From NCBI GenBank assembly GCA_005801025.1, contig SYDZ01000040.1:1-31154 (forward strand): a DNA stretch of 31,154 nucleotides, given 5' to 3'. Made by a program: the position numbers and the translations under genes. This document shows positions 7,710 through 16,944 of the stretch, in pieces (position 1 is the stretch's first letter; each line of letters begins with the position of its first letter). This DNA comes from Actinomycetota bacterium. Lineage in GTDB: Bacteria; Actinomycetota; Acidimicrobiia; Acidimicrobiales; Ilumatobacteraceae. The notes under the pieces were generated by a model that saw only the letters and a program-made list of their open reading frames with translations, searched no databases and was not told the origin of the DNA.

Positions 7710-8393
7710 ATGGCAAATCGCTCCCGTCGTAAAATCGCAGAAGCCACGATTTCTCGGCTTCCGATGTATCTGCGGATTCTGCTGGAGTTAACAGAATCTG
7801 GGGTGGCTGGAGTGTCTTCGGAAAAAATCGCCGAAATGGGTGGGATTAACGCTGCCAAGGTCCGTAAAGATCTCAGTTACCTCGGCAGTTATGGGACTCG
7901 TGGGGTTGGGTACGAAGTTTCCTTCTTGATTTTTCAGATTCAACGAGAACTTGGGATTGACCATGAATGGCCAGTTGTCATCGTCGGCGCTGGCAATTTG
8001 GGTCAGGCCCTCATTGGCTCTGGCGGGTTTGGCCGACGGAGTTACCCAATCGTCGGGCTCGTGGACATCGACGAAGCCAAAGTTGGTTCGCTGATTGGCA
8101 GTCTGCGGGTGGGCCATATTGATGAGTTGCCTGCTCTCATTGCCTCACGGAAGGTGGCGATCGGCGTGGTGGCAGTTCCGGGCGAGGCCGCTCAGATGGT
8201 TGCCGATCGACTGATCTCTGCGGGGGTGACCAGTATTTTGAACTTCGCCCCGATTCCTGTGAGCGTTCCAGCGGGAATTACCGTTCGCCAAGTTGATTTG
8301 GCGTGTGAACTGCAGATCCTGAGTTTTCATGAGCAACACAAGAAAAAAGTTGTTCCATGGCCACAAGTTTTACCGAAGAGTGTCAGTGCATAG
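7710..8393 (+). CDS. rex: Redox-sensing transcriptional repressor Rex
   Basis: TISRLPMYLR, VRKDLSYLGSYGTRGVGY, VIVGAGNLG, ILNFAP; upstream of hemA as in actinobacteria. Confidence 0.96.
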   Translation: MANRSRRKIAEATISRLPMYLRILLELTESGVAGVSSEKIAEMGGINAAKVRKDLSYLGSYGTRGVGYEVSFLIFQIQRELGIDHEWPVVIVGAGNLGQALIGSGGFGRRSYPIVGLVDIDEAKVGSLIGSLRVGHIDELPALIASRKVAIGVVAVPGEAAQMVADRLISAGVTSILNFAPIPVSVPAGITVRQVDLACELQILSFHEQHKKKVVPWPQVLPKSVSA

Positions 8394-8415
8394 GTCCGAT
8401 AAAAGGTCTGAGAGA

Positions 8416-8421
8416 TAGGGT
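8416..8421 (+). promoter_or_regulatory. -10 element TAGGGT, leaderless-type, for hemA
   Basis: TANNNT 7 nt before GTG 8429. Confidence 0.5.
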
Positions 8422-8428
8422 TACTGTC

Positions 8429-9691
8429 GTGTCAATCGTCGTATTTGGGGTGAATCACCGAACTGGTCCTCTCTCTCTTCTGGAGCGGGTCACAATTGCT
8501 GACGACGCGATCGCCAAGACAGTTCACGGTTTGATGGCGCGACCCAACATTCGTGAAGTTGTCGTGCTGTCAACATGTAATCGCACCGAGGTGTACGCAG
8601 TTGCCGAGAAGTTTCACGGGGCCTACGGCGATCTGCGCGATTTCTTTTGCGACCTTGGCAACTTTTCCCCGGAAGAATTATCTCCGCATGTCTATAGCCA
8701 GCACGACGATGCTGCCATTAGTCATTTATTTGAAGTGGCTGCTGGGCTGGATTCGGCAGTCGTAGGCGAAAGCGAGATTCTTGGACAGGTGCGTTCGGCC
8801 TGGGAGCGTTCGCAACATGAAGGTGGATCGCTATCCACGCTGAATCTTTTGTTTAGACACGCCATTCAAACTGGAAAGCGGGCGCGTACTGAAACATCTA
8901 TCGGTCGCCATACTGCGAGTGTCAGTCAGGCTGCCGTCGATATGGCCCGCGAAAATCTCGGAACGGTTGAAGGGTTGACTGTCCTTGTCGTCGGGGCTGG
9001 CGACATGGGCGAGGGTGTCACGATTGCGATGGCTGATGCTGGTATCAGCCAAGTTCTTGTTACCAATCGAACCATCGCCAAAGCACAAGCCCTAGCTGAT
9101 CGAGTTTCTGGTTCAGTGACTGAGTTTTATCGGCTCGCCGAGACTCTGACGCAGGCAGATGTCGTTGTGACATGTACTGGTGCTGGCACAACAGTTATTG
9201 ACGTTGAGATGGTCTCAAAGGCAATGCAACAGCGCGCTTCGCGACCACTGTTCATCGTGGATATTGCCGTGCCGCGCGATGTTGAGTCCGATGTCGCGAC
9301 AATTGACGGCGTGACCTTACTTGATTTAGATAATTTGCGTGACTGGGCGGCACGCGGACAGGCATTGCGTGTTGCTGAAGCCCAAGCCGTACGAAAGATT
9401 GTTGCTGAAGAATTAGAGCGCTTCACTCTGGAGTTGACAGCGCGCCAGGCAGCGCCACTTGTGGCGCTGCTCCATGCTCGTGCTGAAGTGGTGCGCCTAG
9501 CCGAGATTGATCGTTTGCAGAAGAAGTTGTCCTCATTATCTGATGAACAACAACAAGCAGTAGATGCCTTGACCAAGGGCATCGTTGCTAAGTTGCTCCA
9601 CGACATGTCAGTGCGCCTCAAAGACGATGCAGGTACTCCGCGAGGAGAACGCAACTCGGCGGCCGTACGCGATCTCTTTGACTTGAGTTGA
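8429..9691 (+). CDS. hemA: Glutamyl-tRNA reductase
   Basis: GVNHRT, VLSTCNRTEVY, GESEILGQV, VGAGDMG, DIAVPRDV; GTG 8429 chosen as start. Confidence 0.96.
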   Translation: MSIVVFGVNHRTGPLSLLERVTIADDAIAKTVHGLMARPNIREVVVLSTCNRTEVYAVAEKFHGAYGDLRDFFCDLGNFSPEELSPHVYSQHDDAAISHLFEVAAGLDSAVVGESEILGQVRSAWERSQHEGGSLSTLNLLFRHAIQTGKRARTETSIGRHTASVSQAAVDMARENLGTVEGLTVLVVGAGDMGEGVTIAMADAGISQVLVTNRTIAKAQALADRVSGSVTEFYRLAETLTQADVVVTCTGAGTTVIDVEMVSKAMQQRASRPLFIVDIAVPRDVESDVATIDGVTLLDLDNLRDWAARGQALRVAEAQAVRKIVAEELERFTLELTARQAAPLVALLHARAEVVRLAEIDRLQKKLSSLSDEQQQAVDALTKGIVAKLLHDMSVRLKDDAGTPRGERNSAAVRDLFDLS

Positions 9692-9707
9692 CGGCGAGTC
9701 AGCGCTC

Positions 9708-10589
9708 ATGACGAGTGTTCGCATTGCCACTAGAGGTTCTGCTCAAGCCCGCACTCAAGCCACTGCCGTAGCCGATCTCTTACGTGCTCATCATCGTGGA
9801 CTGCACGTTGAATTTGTGTTCGTTGATACAACCGTGGATCAACGACAAGATGTGCCGCTGCACACTATTGGTGGGCAAGGCGTTTTTGTTAAAGAGGTGC
9901 AGGCCGCTGTTTTGGCAGGTCGAGCAGACATTGCTGTACATAGCGCCAAAGATCTTCCTTCCACTCCCGCTGATGGTTTAGTTATCGCTGCCTTTGGCGA
10001 GCGACGTGATCCGCGCGATGTCTTGGTAGGTCGTTCTTTGGCCGATTTAGGTCAAGGTGTGACAGTTGCGACCGGCTCTGTTCGTCGGCGCTCACAACTC
10101 ACGGCTATTCGTCCAGATCTGCATTTCGTTGAACTTCGTGGCAACATCCCAACTCGTCTAGAAAAGATTCCAGTTGATGGGTCGATTGTGATGGCCGCAG
10201 CGGCATTAGAAATTTTGGGTTGGAGCGATCGCGTCAGTGAATATATTGACGTGCAAGTCATGGTGCCTGCAGTTGGTCAGGGCTGCGTGGCTATCGAATG
10301 TCGTGAAGATGATCAACAGACGCACGATATTTTGCACGCCATTGATCATTCATTATCGCGTCGCGCTGTGGAACATGAGCGGGCATTTCTCGCTGAGTTG
10401 GGTTCGGGTTGTTCATTACCAGTCGGCGCTTATGACGATGGTTCAACAATGTTGGTATATCTGGCTTCTGATGATGCAGCGCAACATCACTTTGCCTCAA
10501 TCGCCACGGGGCACATCTCATCTCATGATGATTTACTTCTTGCTTCACGGTCGGCCGCTCGCACCGCACGAGATTCAGTCGCCGGTTGA
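9708..10589 (+). CDS. hemC: Porphobilinogen deaminase
   Basis: RIATRGS, IGGQGVFVKEV, VHSAKDLP, TGSVRRRSQL, LRGNIPTRL, GCSLPVG. Confidence 0.95.
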   Translation: MTSVRIATRGSAQARTQATAVADLLRAHHRGLHVEFVFVDTTVDQRQDVPLHTIGGQGVFVKEVQAAVLAGRADIAVHSAKDLPSTPADGLVIAAFGERRDPRDVLVGRSLADLGQGVTVATGSVRRRSQLTAIRPDLHFVELRGNIPTRLEKIPVDGSIVMAAAALEILGWSDRVSEYIDVQVMVPAVGQGCVAIECREDDQQTHDILHAIDHSLSRRAVEHERAFLAELGSGCSLPVGAYDDGSTMLVYLASDDAAQHHFASIATGHISSHDDLLLASRSAARTARDSVAG

Positions 10590-10599
10590 CATCAAAATC

Positions 10600-11343
10600 A
10601 TGGCCAATGACCTGTCGACCGCTGCGTTATCTGGACGGCGAATCATTGTCACGCGCTCAGCACAACGTGCTGGCGCTCTGAGCGAGATGTTTCGTGAGGC
10701 TGGAGCGGAGGTGATCGAGATTGCAGTGACGGACACAGTTGACCCTGCGGACGACGGTCAAGCACTTCGTGAGGCATGTCAAGCGATTGACCAATACGAC
10801 TGGGTCGTGGTCACTTCTCCTGAGGGTGCACGCCGTTTTCGTGAAGCCATGACTGCAGGATCTCGTGAACATCAATCCTGTAAAATTGCTGCTGTCGGAA
10901 CGGCAACTGCGCAAGCTGTTGGTGGTGCTGATCTCATTCCAGCCGTGCAAACCGGACGCTCGTTGGGAGAAATATTCCCGTTTGGGTCAGGGCGGGTTCT
11001 TGTGGCGGTAGCTGAGTCGGCGGGGGATGATTTTGAAATTGCGGCGCGCGCTCGGGGTTGGACTGTGGACCGAGTTGTGAGCTACAGAACCGTGCCGCTG
11101 ACTACTGCCACAGATCAAGAGGTGGAGATTCGCGGATGTGATGCCATCACTTTTGCGTCGGCTTCAGCGGCACGCGCTTGGGTCACGCTTTTCGGACGAT
11201 TGACTCCCGCAGTGGTCGTGGCGATGGGCCCGACGACCGCCGCGACACTGAGTGAATTGGGCATCGCTCCAGTCACAGTTGCCAGTGAACAATCTCTGCA
11301 GGGATTGGTTGGTGCCACTTCATTGGCCTTGGGGAGTCGTTGA
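10600..11343 (+). CDS. hemD: Uroporphyrinogen-III synthase
   Basis: IIVTRS, YDWVVVTSPEGA, AAVGTATA, YRT, FASASAA, MGPTTA; between hemC and hemB. Confidence 0.88.
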   Translation: MANDLSTAALSGRRIIVTRSAQRAGALSEMFREAGAEVIEIAVTDTVDPADDGQALREACQAIDQYDWVVVTSPEGARRFREAMTAGSREHQSCKIAAVGTATAQAVGGADLIPAVQTGRSLGEIFPFGSGRVLVAVAESAGDDFEIAARARGWTVDRVVSYRTVPLTTATDQEVEIRGCDAITFASASAARAWVTLFGRLTPAVVVAMGPTTAATLSELGIAPVTVASEQSLQGLVGATSLALGSR

Positions 11344-11357
11344 CTAAATATCGCCCG

Positions 11358-11363
11358 TAGGCT
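11358..11363 (+). promoter_or_regulatory. -10 element TAGGCT, leaderless-type, for hemB
   Basis: TANNNT 6 nt before ATG 11370. Confidence 0.55.
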
Positions 11364-11369
11364 GTGAGT

Positions 11370-12359
11370 ATGTCAGCACGTTTTCCCGCGTCGCGCCCTC
11401 GTCGCTTACGCCGCACTCAGGCTCTTCGTGATCTCGTGGCTGAAACTCGACTGAATGTCAACGATTTAGTTGCGCCACTGTTTGTCCGTGAAGGTATTGA
11501 TTCGCCGATACCGATTCTTTCTTTGCCTGGAGTTGTGCAACACACTCGAGTGAGTCTTCGACAGGAGGTCCGTGAACTCGCTGACCTCGGCGTCAAGTCA
11601 GTGATTCTGTTTGGTATTCCGGGTACGAAAGACGAGATTGGCTCGGGAGCCTTTGATCCCCGAGGCATTGTCCAACTAGCGCTATCTGATCTGCGTTCCG
11701 ATTTTGGTGATCAAGTTGTCCTGATGTCTGACTTATGCGTTGATGAATACACCAGTCACGGTCACTGTGGCATTCTTGATGGTCACGGTTCAGTAGACAA
11801 TGACGCAACTCTTGAGGTGTATGCCAAGGCCGCAATCGCCCAAGCTAATGCTGGCGCACATGTTGTTGCGCCAAGTGGAATGATGGACGGTCAGGTTGGT
11901 GTCATTCGTGCGGCTCTTGATTCCAACGGTCATAGCGAAGCATCAATTCTTGCCTACTCGGCAAAATATGCATCTGGTTTGTATGGACCGTTTCGGGAAG
12001 CTGTTGATGTGCAAATTATCGGTGGTGGCGATCGCAAGGGCTATCAACAGGATTGGCGCAATGCCCGTGAAGCTCTGACTGAAGTTGAAGCCGATATTGA
12101 ACAAGGTGCTGACATGGTGATGGTCAAACCTGCTTTGGCCTATCTTGATGTCATCGCTGCGGTGCGACAACTCGTCAATGTGCCCGTGGCGGCCTATCAC
12201 GTGAGTGGTGAATATTCAATGATCAAAGCAGCAGCAGCCAACGGCTGGATTGATCACGACATTGTGGCTACTGAACATTTAACGGCGATCAAACGTGCCG
12301 GCGCAGACATTATTCTCACGTACTTGGCGCGTTGGTACGGCGAATTAACGAACGGTTAA
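11370..12359 (+). CDS. hemB: Delta-aminolevulinic acid dehydratase
   Basis: RPRRLR, DLCVDEYTSHGHCG, APSGMMDG, YGPFREA, MVMVKPA, AYHVSGEY. Confidence 0.97.
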   Translation: MSARFPASRPRRLRRTQALRDLVAETRLNVNDLVAPLFVREGIDSPIPILSLPGVVQHTRVSLRQEVRELADLGVKSVILFGIPGTKDEIGSGAFDPRGIVQLALSDLRSDFGDQVVLMSDLCVDEYTSHGHCGILDGHGSVDNDATLEVYAKAAIAQANAGAHVVAPSGMMDGQVGVIRAALDSNGHSEASILAYSAKYASGLYGPFREAVDVQIIGGGDRKGYQQDWRNAREALTEVEADIEQGADMVMVKPALAYLDVIAAVRQLVNVPVAAYHVSGEYSMIKAAAANGWIDHDIVATEHLTAIKRAGADIILTYLARWYGELTNG

Positions 12360-12364
12360 AGCAC

Positions 12365-13732
12365 ATGAGTACAACTCAGCAGTCGTCCATTCCATTGTGT
12401 GATCCCGTAGCTTGTGTGGCTGCTGGTTGTGACCCCATTGTTTGTCAGGGTGCTGGCGTGCCATCAAACGTGACTTTATTTGAGCGCTCGGCACGTGTCA
12501 TTCCAGGTGGTGTGAACTCATCAATCCGCGCCTTCAAAGCCGTCGGTGGCTCACCGTATGTCGTGGCTCGAGGTAGCGGTGGCCATGTCTATGACGTGGA
12601 GGGTACGCGTTACATTGACCTCGTTCAAAGTTATGGTGCGGTCATTCTTGGTCACGCGCATCCAGCAATCACTGCGGCCTTGCGTGAAGCCGCGGTGGAT
12701 GGAACCTCCTTCGGTGCCCCGACACCGCGTGAAATGAAATTGGCTGAGGCGATGAGCGAACGTGTGCCATCGTGTGAGCGAGTGCGTTTTATGAACTCGG
12801 GTACCGAAGCCACCTCAACAGTGGTACGACTTGCTCGTGGGCTGACGGGTCGCGCAAAAATTATAATCTTTTCTGGGAACTTCCACGGCGCTACCGATGC
12901 TCTTCTTGCTGCAGGTGGTAGTGGTGTGGCAACCCTCGGTATTCCGGGCACAGCGGGTGTGCCACCTGAGGCCGTCGCCAACACCATCGTGGCTCCCTAC
13001 AACGTGATACCTGAAATTGATGAATCAGTAGCTGCTGTCATTGTCGAACCAGTTGCTGCCAATATGGGCGTGGTCGCCCCAGTGCCAGGTTTTCTTGAAG
13101 GTTTACGACGCGCGTGCGACAAGGTTGGCGCGTTATTGATATTCGATGAAGTGATCACTGGCTTTCGTCTCGGTCCTGATGGTGCTCAAGGTCGCTACTC
13201 GGTCAAGCCCGACCTGACGTGTTTCGGCAAGGTCATTGGTGGTGGCCTGCCAATCGGCGCAGTCGGCGGTCGTCAAGACATCATGGAAAATCTCACGCCC
13301 CTTGGAAAAGTTTTCCATGCTGGAACATTGGCTGGAAATCCGATGGCGACGGCGGCGGGATTGGCGGCCCTGAGTCAACTCACTCCTGATGTTTATCGTC
13401 TTCTTGAAACGCGTGCCACCCGCCTAGCGTCATTGATTACTGAGGCCACGTCGGCAGCAGGTTTACCAGTCACCACATCGCGTGTCGGCACACTCGTGGG
13501 AATTTTCCTTGGAGATGCTCTAGGGAGTGATCGCTTGCCAATCAATTTTGATGAAGCCAAGCGAACTGACGAAAAGTTATTTGCGCGCTTTTTTCACGCA
13601 CTGTTGGCGCGAGGTGTAGCAATGGCACCGGGGGCCTATGAGGCAATTTTTGTCGGCTTAGGTCATGATGATGTCGTGATGGATGACCTAGCAGAGCGTT
13701 TTCACCGAGCTGCACTCGCCGTCGCCCTCTGA
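12365..13732 (+). CDS. hemL: Glutamate-1-semialdehyde 2,1-aminomutase with Cys-rich N-terminal extension
   Basis: IPGGVNSSIRAF, FGAPT, FDEVITGFR, FGKVIGGGLP (PLP Lys), AGTLAGNP. Confidence 0.96.
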   Translation: MSTTQQSSIPLCDPVACVAAGCDPIVCQGAGVPSNVTLFERSARVIPGGVNSSIRAFKAVGGSPYVVARGSGGHVYDVEGTRYIDLVQSYGAVILGHAHPAITAALREAAVDGTSFGAPTPREMKLAEAMSERVPSCERVRFMNSGTEATSTVVRLARGLTGRAKIIIFSGNFHGATDALLAAGGSGVATLGIPGTAGVPPEAVANTIVAPYNVIPEIDESVAAVIVEPVAANMGVVAPVPGFLEGLRRACDKVGALLIFDEVITGFRLGPDGAQGRYSVKPDLTCFGKVIGGGLPIGAVGGRQDIMENLTPLGKVFHAGTLAGNPMATAAGLAALSQLTPDVYRLLETRATRLASLITEATSAAGLPVTTSRVGTLVGIFLGDALGSDRLPINFDEAKRTDEKLFARFFHALLARGVAMAPGAYEAIFVGLGHDDVVMDDLAERFHRAALAVAL

Positions 13733-13737
13733 CGCCC

Positions 13738-13743
13738 TACGCT
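13738..13743 (+). promoter_or_regulatory. -10 element TACGCT, leaderless-type, for the hypothetical gene at 13750
   Basis: TANNNT 6 nt before ATG 13750. Confidence 0.5.
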
Positions 13744-13749
13744 TCACCT

Positions 13750-14343
13750 ATGCGACAGTTTCTCTCCTGGCGATATTGGGCGACTCTGGCATCTTTATGT
13801 GCACTGACAATACTTTTATGGATGTGCCAAGGCTCAAGCGACTCCAATCAGGTTGTCGTGGAGGCAAATAACCGTCGCATTGATCTCATTGCGCAAACGT
13901 CAACCGTGCGCTCCGACCAAGCATGGTCAGTATCAAATGGAATATCAAATGGAGATGCAACTGCGGTGTTACTTGACGGCCGAGTGTTAACGATCGCTGA
14001 TGGGACAATGGGGGAATCAACTTGTTTATTCCCGGAGGCGCTCAACGCGTGCGTTATTTTGGCTGACACTTTGGGTGATGGCATCGTTTGGTTTTCGTTG
14101 GTTCCCGCTCCAGAAGTTGGCAGTAGCGAACTTGAGTTGGCCCCGATTGAAGAATTGCTTGACGGTGTTACGTATGCCCGACTCACCAATGGCTTGGAGG
14201 TTCCTCTACTTGACGTAGTTGTGCGTCGGTGTCAGGAGGAACTACCAAATCTCACGTCATTTGTTGCCAAATATGAGAAACGGCACGTGACGATCGTGGA
14301 TCTTTCTCAAGCACAAGTATCTGCTGTGCGTTGCAAGGGTTAA
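13750..14343 (+). CDS. Hypothetical membrane-anchored or exported protein
   Basis: 197 aa; N-terminal hydrophobic helix followed by a soluble domain with several Cys. Confidence 0.7.
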   Translation: MRQFLSWRYWATLASLCALTILLWMCQGSSDSNQVVVEANNRRIDLIAQTSTVRSDQAWSVSNGISNGDATAVLLDGRVLTIADGTMGESTCLFPEALNACVILADTLGDGIVWFSLVPAPEVGSSELELAPIEELLDGVTYARLTNGLEVPLLDVVVRRCQEELPNLTSFVAKYEKRHVTIVDLSQAQVSAVRCKG

Positions 14344-14355
14344 AGCAACGACGAA

Positions 14356-15603
14356 TTACGCATGAGGTGTGAGTCGTACAATTGCGGCTGCCGCTTTATA
14401 GGCCACTTCTGCTGGTCCGATTTCATCGGGACGCAACAAGTTGGCCATGATTCTCACAACCCATTCCATCAGAGTGCGACTGTGCATTCCGACTCGCGAA
14501 AGTTCGCGCATGATCACCGGTCGACCAATGATGCGGGTAAATAAACGCGCCACCTTGAAGTATTGACCGTACTCATCGTCAATCAACATTTGGTAGCGCT
14601 GTAATGCTGCTGGGTCGTTGTTACGAATAGCGTCGGTGAGCACCTCTGCAGCCATGCGCGCAGTTTCATAGGCGTAATCAATACCGTCCCCGTTGAAGGG
14701 GTTCACACTTCCTGCTGCATCACCAATGACAAGATACGTAGGTCCAGATTTTGGTCCAACCGAGCCACCCATCGGAATTCGCCGTGAGGTTGCCTTGATT
14801 GTGGGATGATCAGGGTCAATTTCCCAGCGGTCAGCCACCATGTGGGCATAGGCATCCAGCAGGTGGGTTGTGTTCACACTTTTGAAATCGCGAAATGTTG
14901 ATAACAGCCCAACGCCGATGTTCACAGTTCCATCACCGACGGGGAAGATCCAGCCATAACCAGGCATCTGGTTTCCGTTACGGTCTTTCACATCAAGTGC
15001 CGACTCAATCCAAGGTTCAGCGTGACGTGGAGTTTCCCAATAGGTGCGAATGGCGGTTCCGTATGGCCACTCTTTAGTTCGAAAGGTCCCGAGTGATCGC
15101 CCGAAGCGACTGTTGGCGCCGTCGGCGACAATCACATAGCGCGCCGTGATATTGAAAGGAATGTCAGAGTCTTTGCTTTGAATTGTCGCTCCGCGAACAA
15201 AACCCCTTTCCAGAACTGGAGCGAGGGCTTCGTGACCTTCAAGCAACGTTGCTCCCGCGGCGACCGCATGGCGCGCCACCATTGTGTCCAGTTCTCGGCG
15301 CCGCACGACATAGCCGTGTTGTGGATAGATCGGATGCGAGGGCCAGTGCAGTTCAATGGCCTTGCCGTGCGCAGTCGTGCGCAACCCGTCGTAACGATGG
15401 AACTGAGAGAGTTGATCGCCAAGACCCATATCGTTGATCTGCTTGACAGCTCGCGGGGTTAAACCGTCACCACATGTTTTTTCCCGCGGAAAAAGCTTTT
15501 TGTCGACGATGACAACATCGAGACCCTCTGTGGCCAACCAGTACGCGGCAGCCGCACCAGCGGGTCCAGCGCCAATGATCAGGACATCGTGGTGGGAAGT
15601 CAT
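14356..15603 (-). CDS. menJ: Geranylgeranyl reductase-family flavoprotein, MenJ-like menaquinone reductase
   Basis: GAGPAG, FPREKTCGDGLTPRAV, ADGANS, YGWIFP, GDAAG.VNPFNGDGI; near nuo, as in actinomycetes. Confidence 0.7.
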   Translation of the reverse strand: MTSHHDVLIIGAGPAGAAAAYWLATEGLDVVIVDKKLFPREKTCGDGLTPRAVKQINDMGLGDQLSQFHRYDGLRTTAHGKAIELHWPSHPIYPQHGYVVRRRELDTMVARHAVAAGATLLEGHEALAPVLERGFVRGATIQSKDSDIPFNITARYVIVADGANSRFGRSLGTFRTKEWPYGTAIRTYWETPRHAEPWIESALDVKDRNGNQMPGYGWIFPVGDGTVNIGVGLLSTFRDFKSVNTTHLLDAYAHMVADRWEIDPDHPTIKATSRRIPMGGSVGPKSGPTYLVIGDAAGSVNPFNGDGIDYAYETARMAAEVLTDAIRNNDPAALQRYQMLIDDEYGQYFKVARLFTRIIGRPVIMRELSRVGMHSRTLMEWVVRIMANLLRPDEIGPAEVAYKAAAAIVRLTPHA

Positions 15604-15707
15604 GGCAAGGAAGTGGTGGTCATAGCGCCTCAGCGCCTAGATGGGTTCGGGGTCGTGGGCGTTCTGTTGGTCACAGTCGAAGTCACATCGACTGGGTACT
15701 GGCCTTT

Positions 15708-16526
15708 TCAGCCAGCGACCATCACTTCTTGGTCGGCTGGGGTGCCAAGGCGGGGAGCGGTTCCGATACCCAATTCGGGGGACTCAAAGGTCAAAGTTCC
15801 AGATTCAAGGTCAAGAAAAATCTGGCTCTCTGGACTACACCACTTTTCGTACTCTTCGGCCCATTCTCCAGCGTCATCAGCACCTGAAATGTCATAACGA
15901 ATATGGCAGATGAGTCCTAAAATCTCTGCTTCGGTGAGCGCCCCACCGGCTTTTTCCCCTTGGGCGGGCATCACTCCACCGTTGTAAGACCGGGGATAGT
16001 GAGCCCCGCCCTCGCGATTCGGATCGCCGTAGGATGCGACTCCGGCGGCCTCGTAGGCCTCGGTTCCGGCATACACCCAATTCAACATGTCTTCAATATG
16101 AGGGAAAGTCTTCAACGACTCACCGTCTTTCAAGACTCGACCGGCACCACCTGCGCCGTCGGCACCGTGACAACTTGCGCAGGCACCGTAGTTCTCCATT
16201 CCGAGAGCAATCGGACCCTGTGCTTCGGCTTTTTGCGGCTCCAAGCCACGGACGTACATGAACAAGAAAATGGGCATCAAAGCAAGCGTGGCCATGGCCC
16301 AAGATGGGATGCGACCACGCGTCTTGGCGGCCGTGACATAGGCCGGATCGGGCTTCTTTGCGGGCTTTTGAGCCTCAGTTTCCACCAAAACTCGGGCGGT
16401 GGGTGTCGTTGCGCCAGTCGTCGCCGGAACTGCAGCGCCTGCAGAAACCTCTGTCGAAGAGGCATCCCCGCCAGCGGCCTTTCGGTCGCGGGATCGTTTT
16501 AAGAGGTGCTCGGGAATTTCGGTCAC
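15708..16526 (-). CDS. Membrane-anchored monoheme cytochrome c
   Basis: One TM helix, CASCH, distal VMPAQG Met; SD AAGGA before GTG. Confidence 0.85.
   Translation of the reverse strand: MTEIPEHLLKRSRDRKAAGGDASSTEVSAGAAVPATTGATTPTARVLVETEAQKPAKKPDPAYVTAAKTRGRIPSWAMATLALMPIFLFMYVRGLEPQKAEAQGPIALGMENYGACASCHGADGAGGAGRVLKDGESLKTFPHIEDMLNWVYAGTEAYEAAGVASYGDPNREGGAHYPRSYNGGVMPAQGEKAGGALTEAEILGLICHIRYDISGADDAGEWAEEYEKWCSPESQIFLDLESGTLTFESPELGIGTAPRLGTPADQEVMVAG
16494..16526 (-). repeat. MTEIPEHLLKR coding motif, copy 1
   Basis: Identical 11-aa N-terminus to the gene at 18661. Confidence 0.9.
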
Positions 16527-16628
16527 GGGCCAGTCCTTTCGGGCGTGGGGTACGACAATTTTTTGACAACGACCGAGTGGCTGTCGTCTTGAATAAGAAG
16601 ACTAGAGCGCGAGTGAGGCTATGACGGA

Positions 16629-16665
16629 ATTCCTAGCCTTTTCTGGGGCAAAAACTCCTAGGAAT
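16629..16665. repeat. Inverted repeat ATTCCTAG...CTAGGAAT in the divergent promoter region
   Basis: Perfect 8-bp arms at 16629-16636 and 16658-16665. Confidence 0.5.
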
Positions 16666-16680
16666 CTTGTCACTTAGGTA

Positions 16681-16698
16681 CCGTGAACTAACGCACAA
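16681..16698. promoter_or_regulatory. Possible Rex operator CCGTGAACTAACGCACAA
   Basis: 10 of 14 informative positions match TTGTGAA-N4-TTCACAA; lies between the divergent respiratory units. Confidence 0.35.
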
Positions 16699-16944
16699 CC
16701 CACCTCAGGGGTAGTCCACGGCGATAGACCTCAAGTAGTGAAAGATTCCGATTTTCAGCAATGCCGTCATAATTTTCTGTGTGCCCGAAATCTTTGTTTG
16801 TTCTTGTGAGTGAGTTGGGTCGCGCGAGGCTCTTGACGACTAAGGTTCTAGTCAGTTCTTCTAGAGATTTTTAATACAGCTAAGTCCACGAAACTCAAAC
16901 ATGTATCGACCTCGTTACAAGGCACGGAAGGGAATACCGGCTAG

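Noticed and set aside
10237-10599. 121-codon N-terminal extension of HemD in the ORF track (also the extensions shown for hemA, hemL, nuoB, the Rieske gene and the histidine phosphatase)
   Set aside because: They overlap neighbouring genes or precede the family start; family-like sequence begins at the downstream starts used here
15674-15694. 7-bp hairpin CAGTCGA/TCGACTG after the cytochrome c stop as a terminator
   Set aside because: Short stem with no U-tract; cannot be separated from chance or an mRNA-stability element
16621-16677. Small ORF MTEFLAFSGAKTPRNLVT in the divergent region
   Set aside because: No compositional or motif support, and it overlaps the inverted repeat, which explains the sequence better
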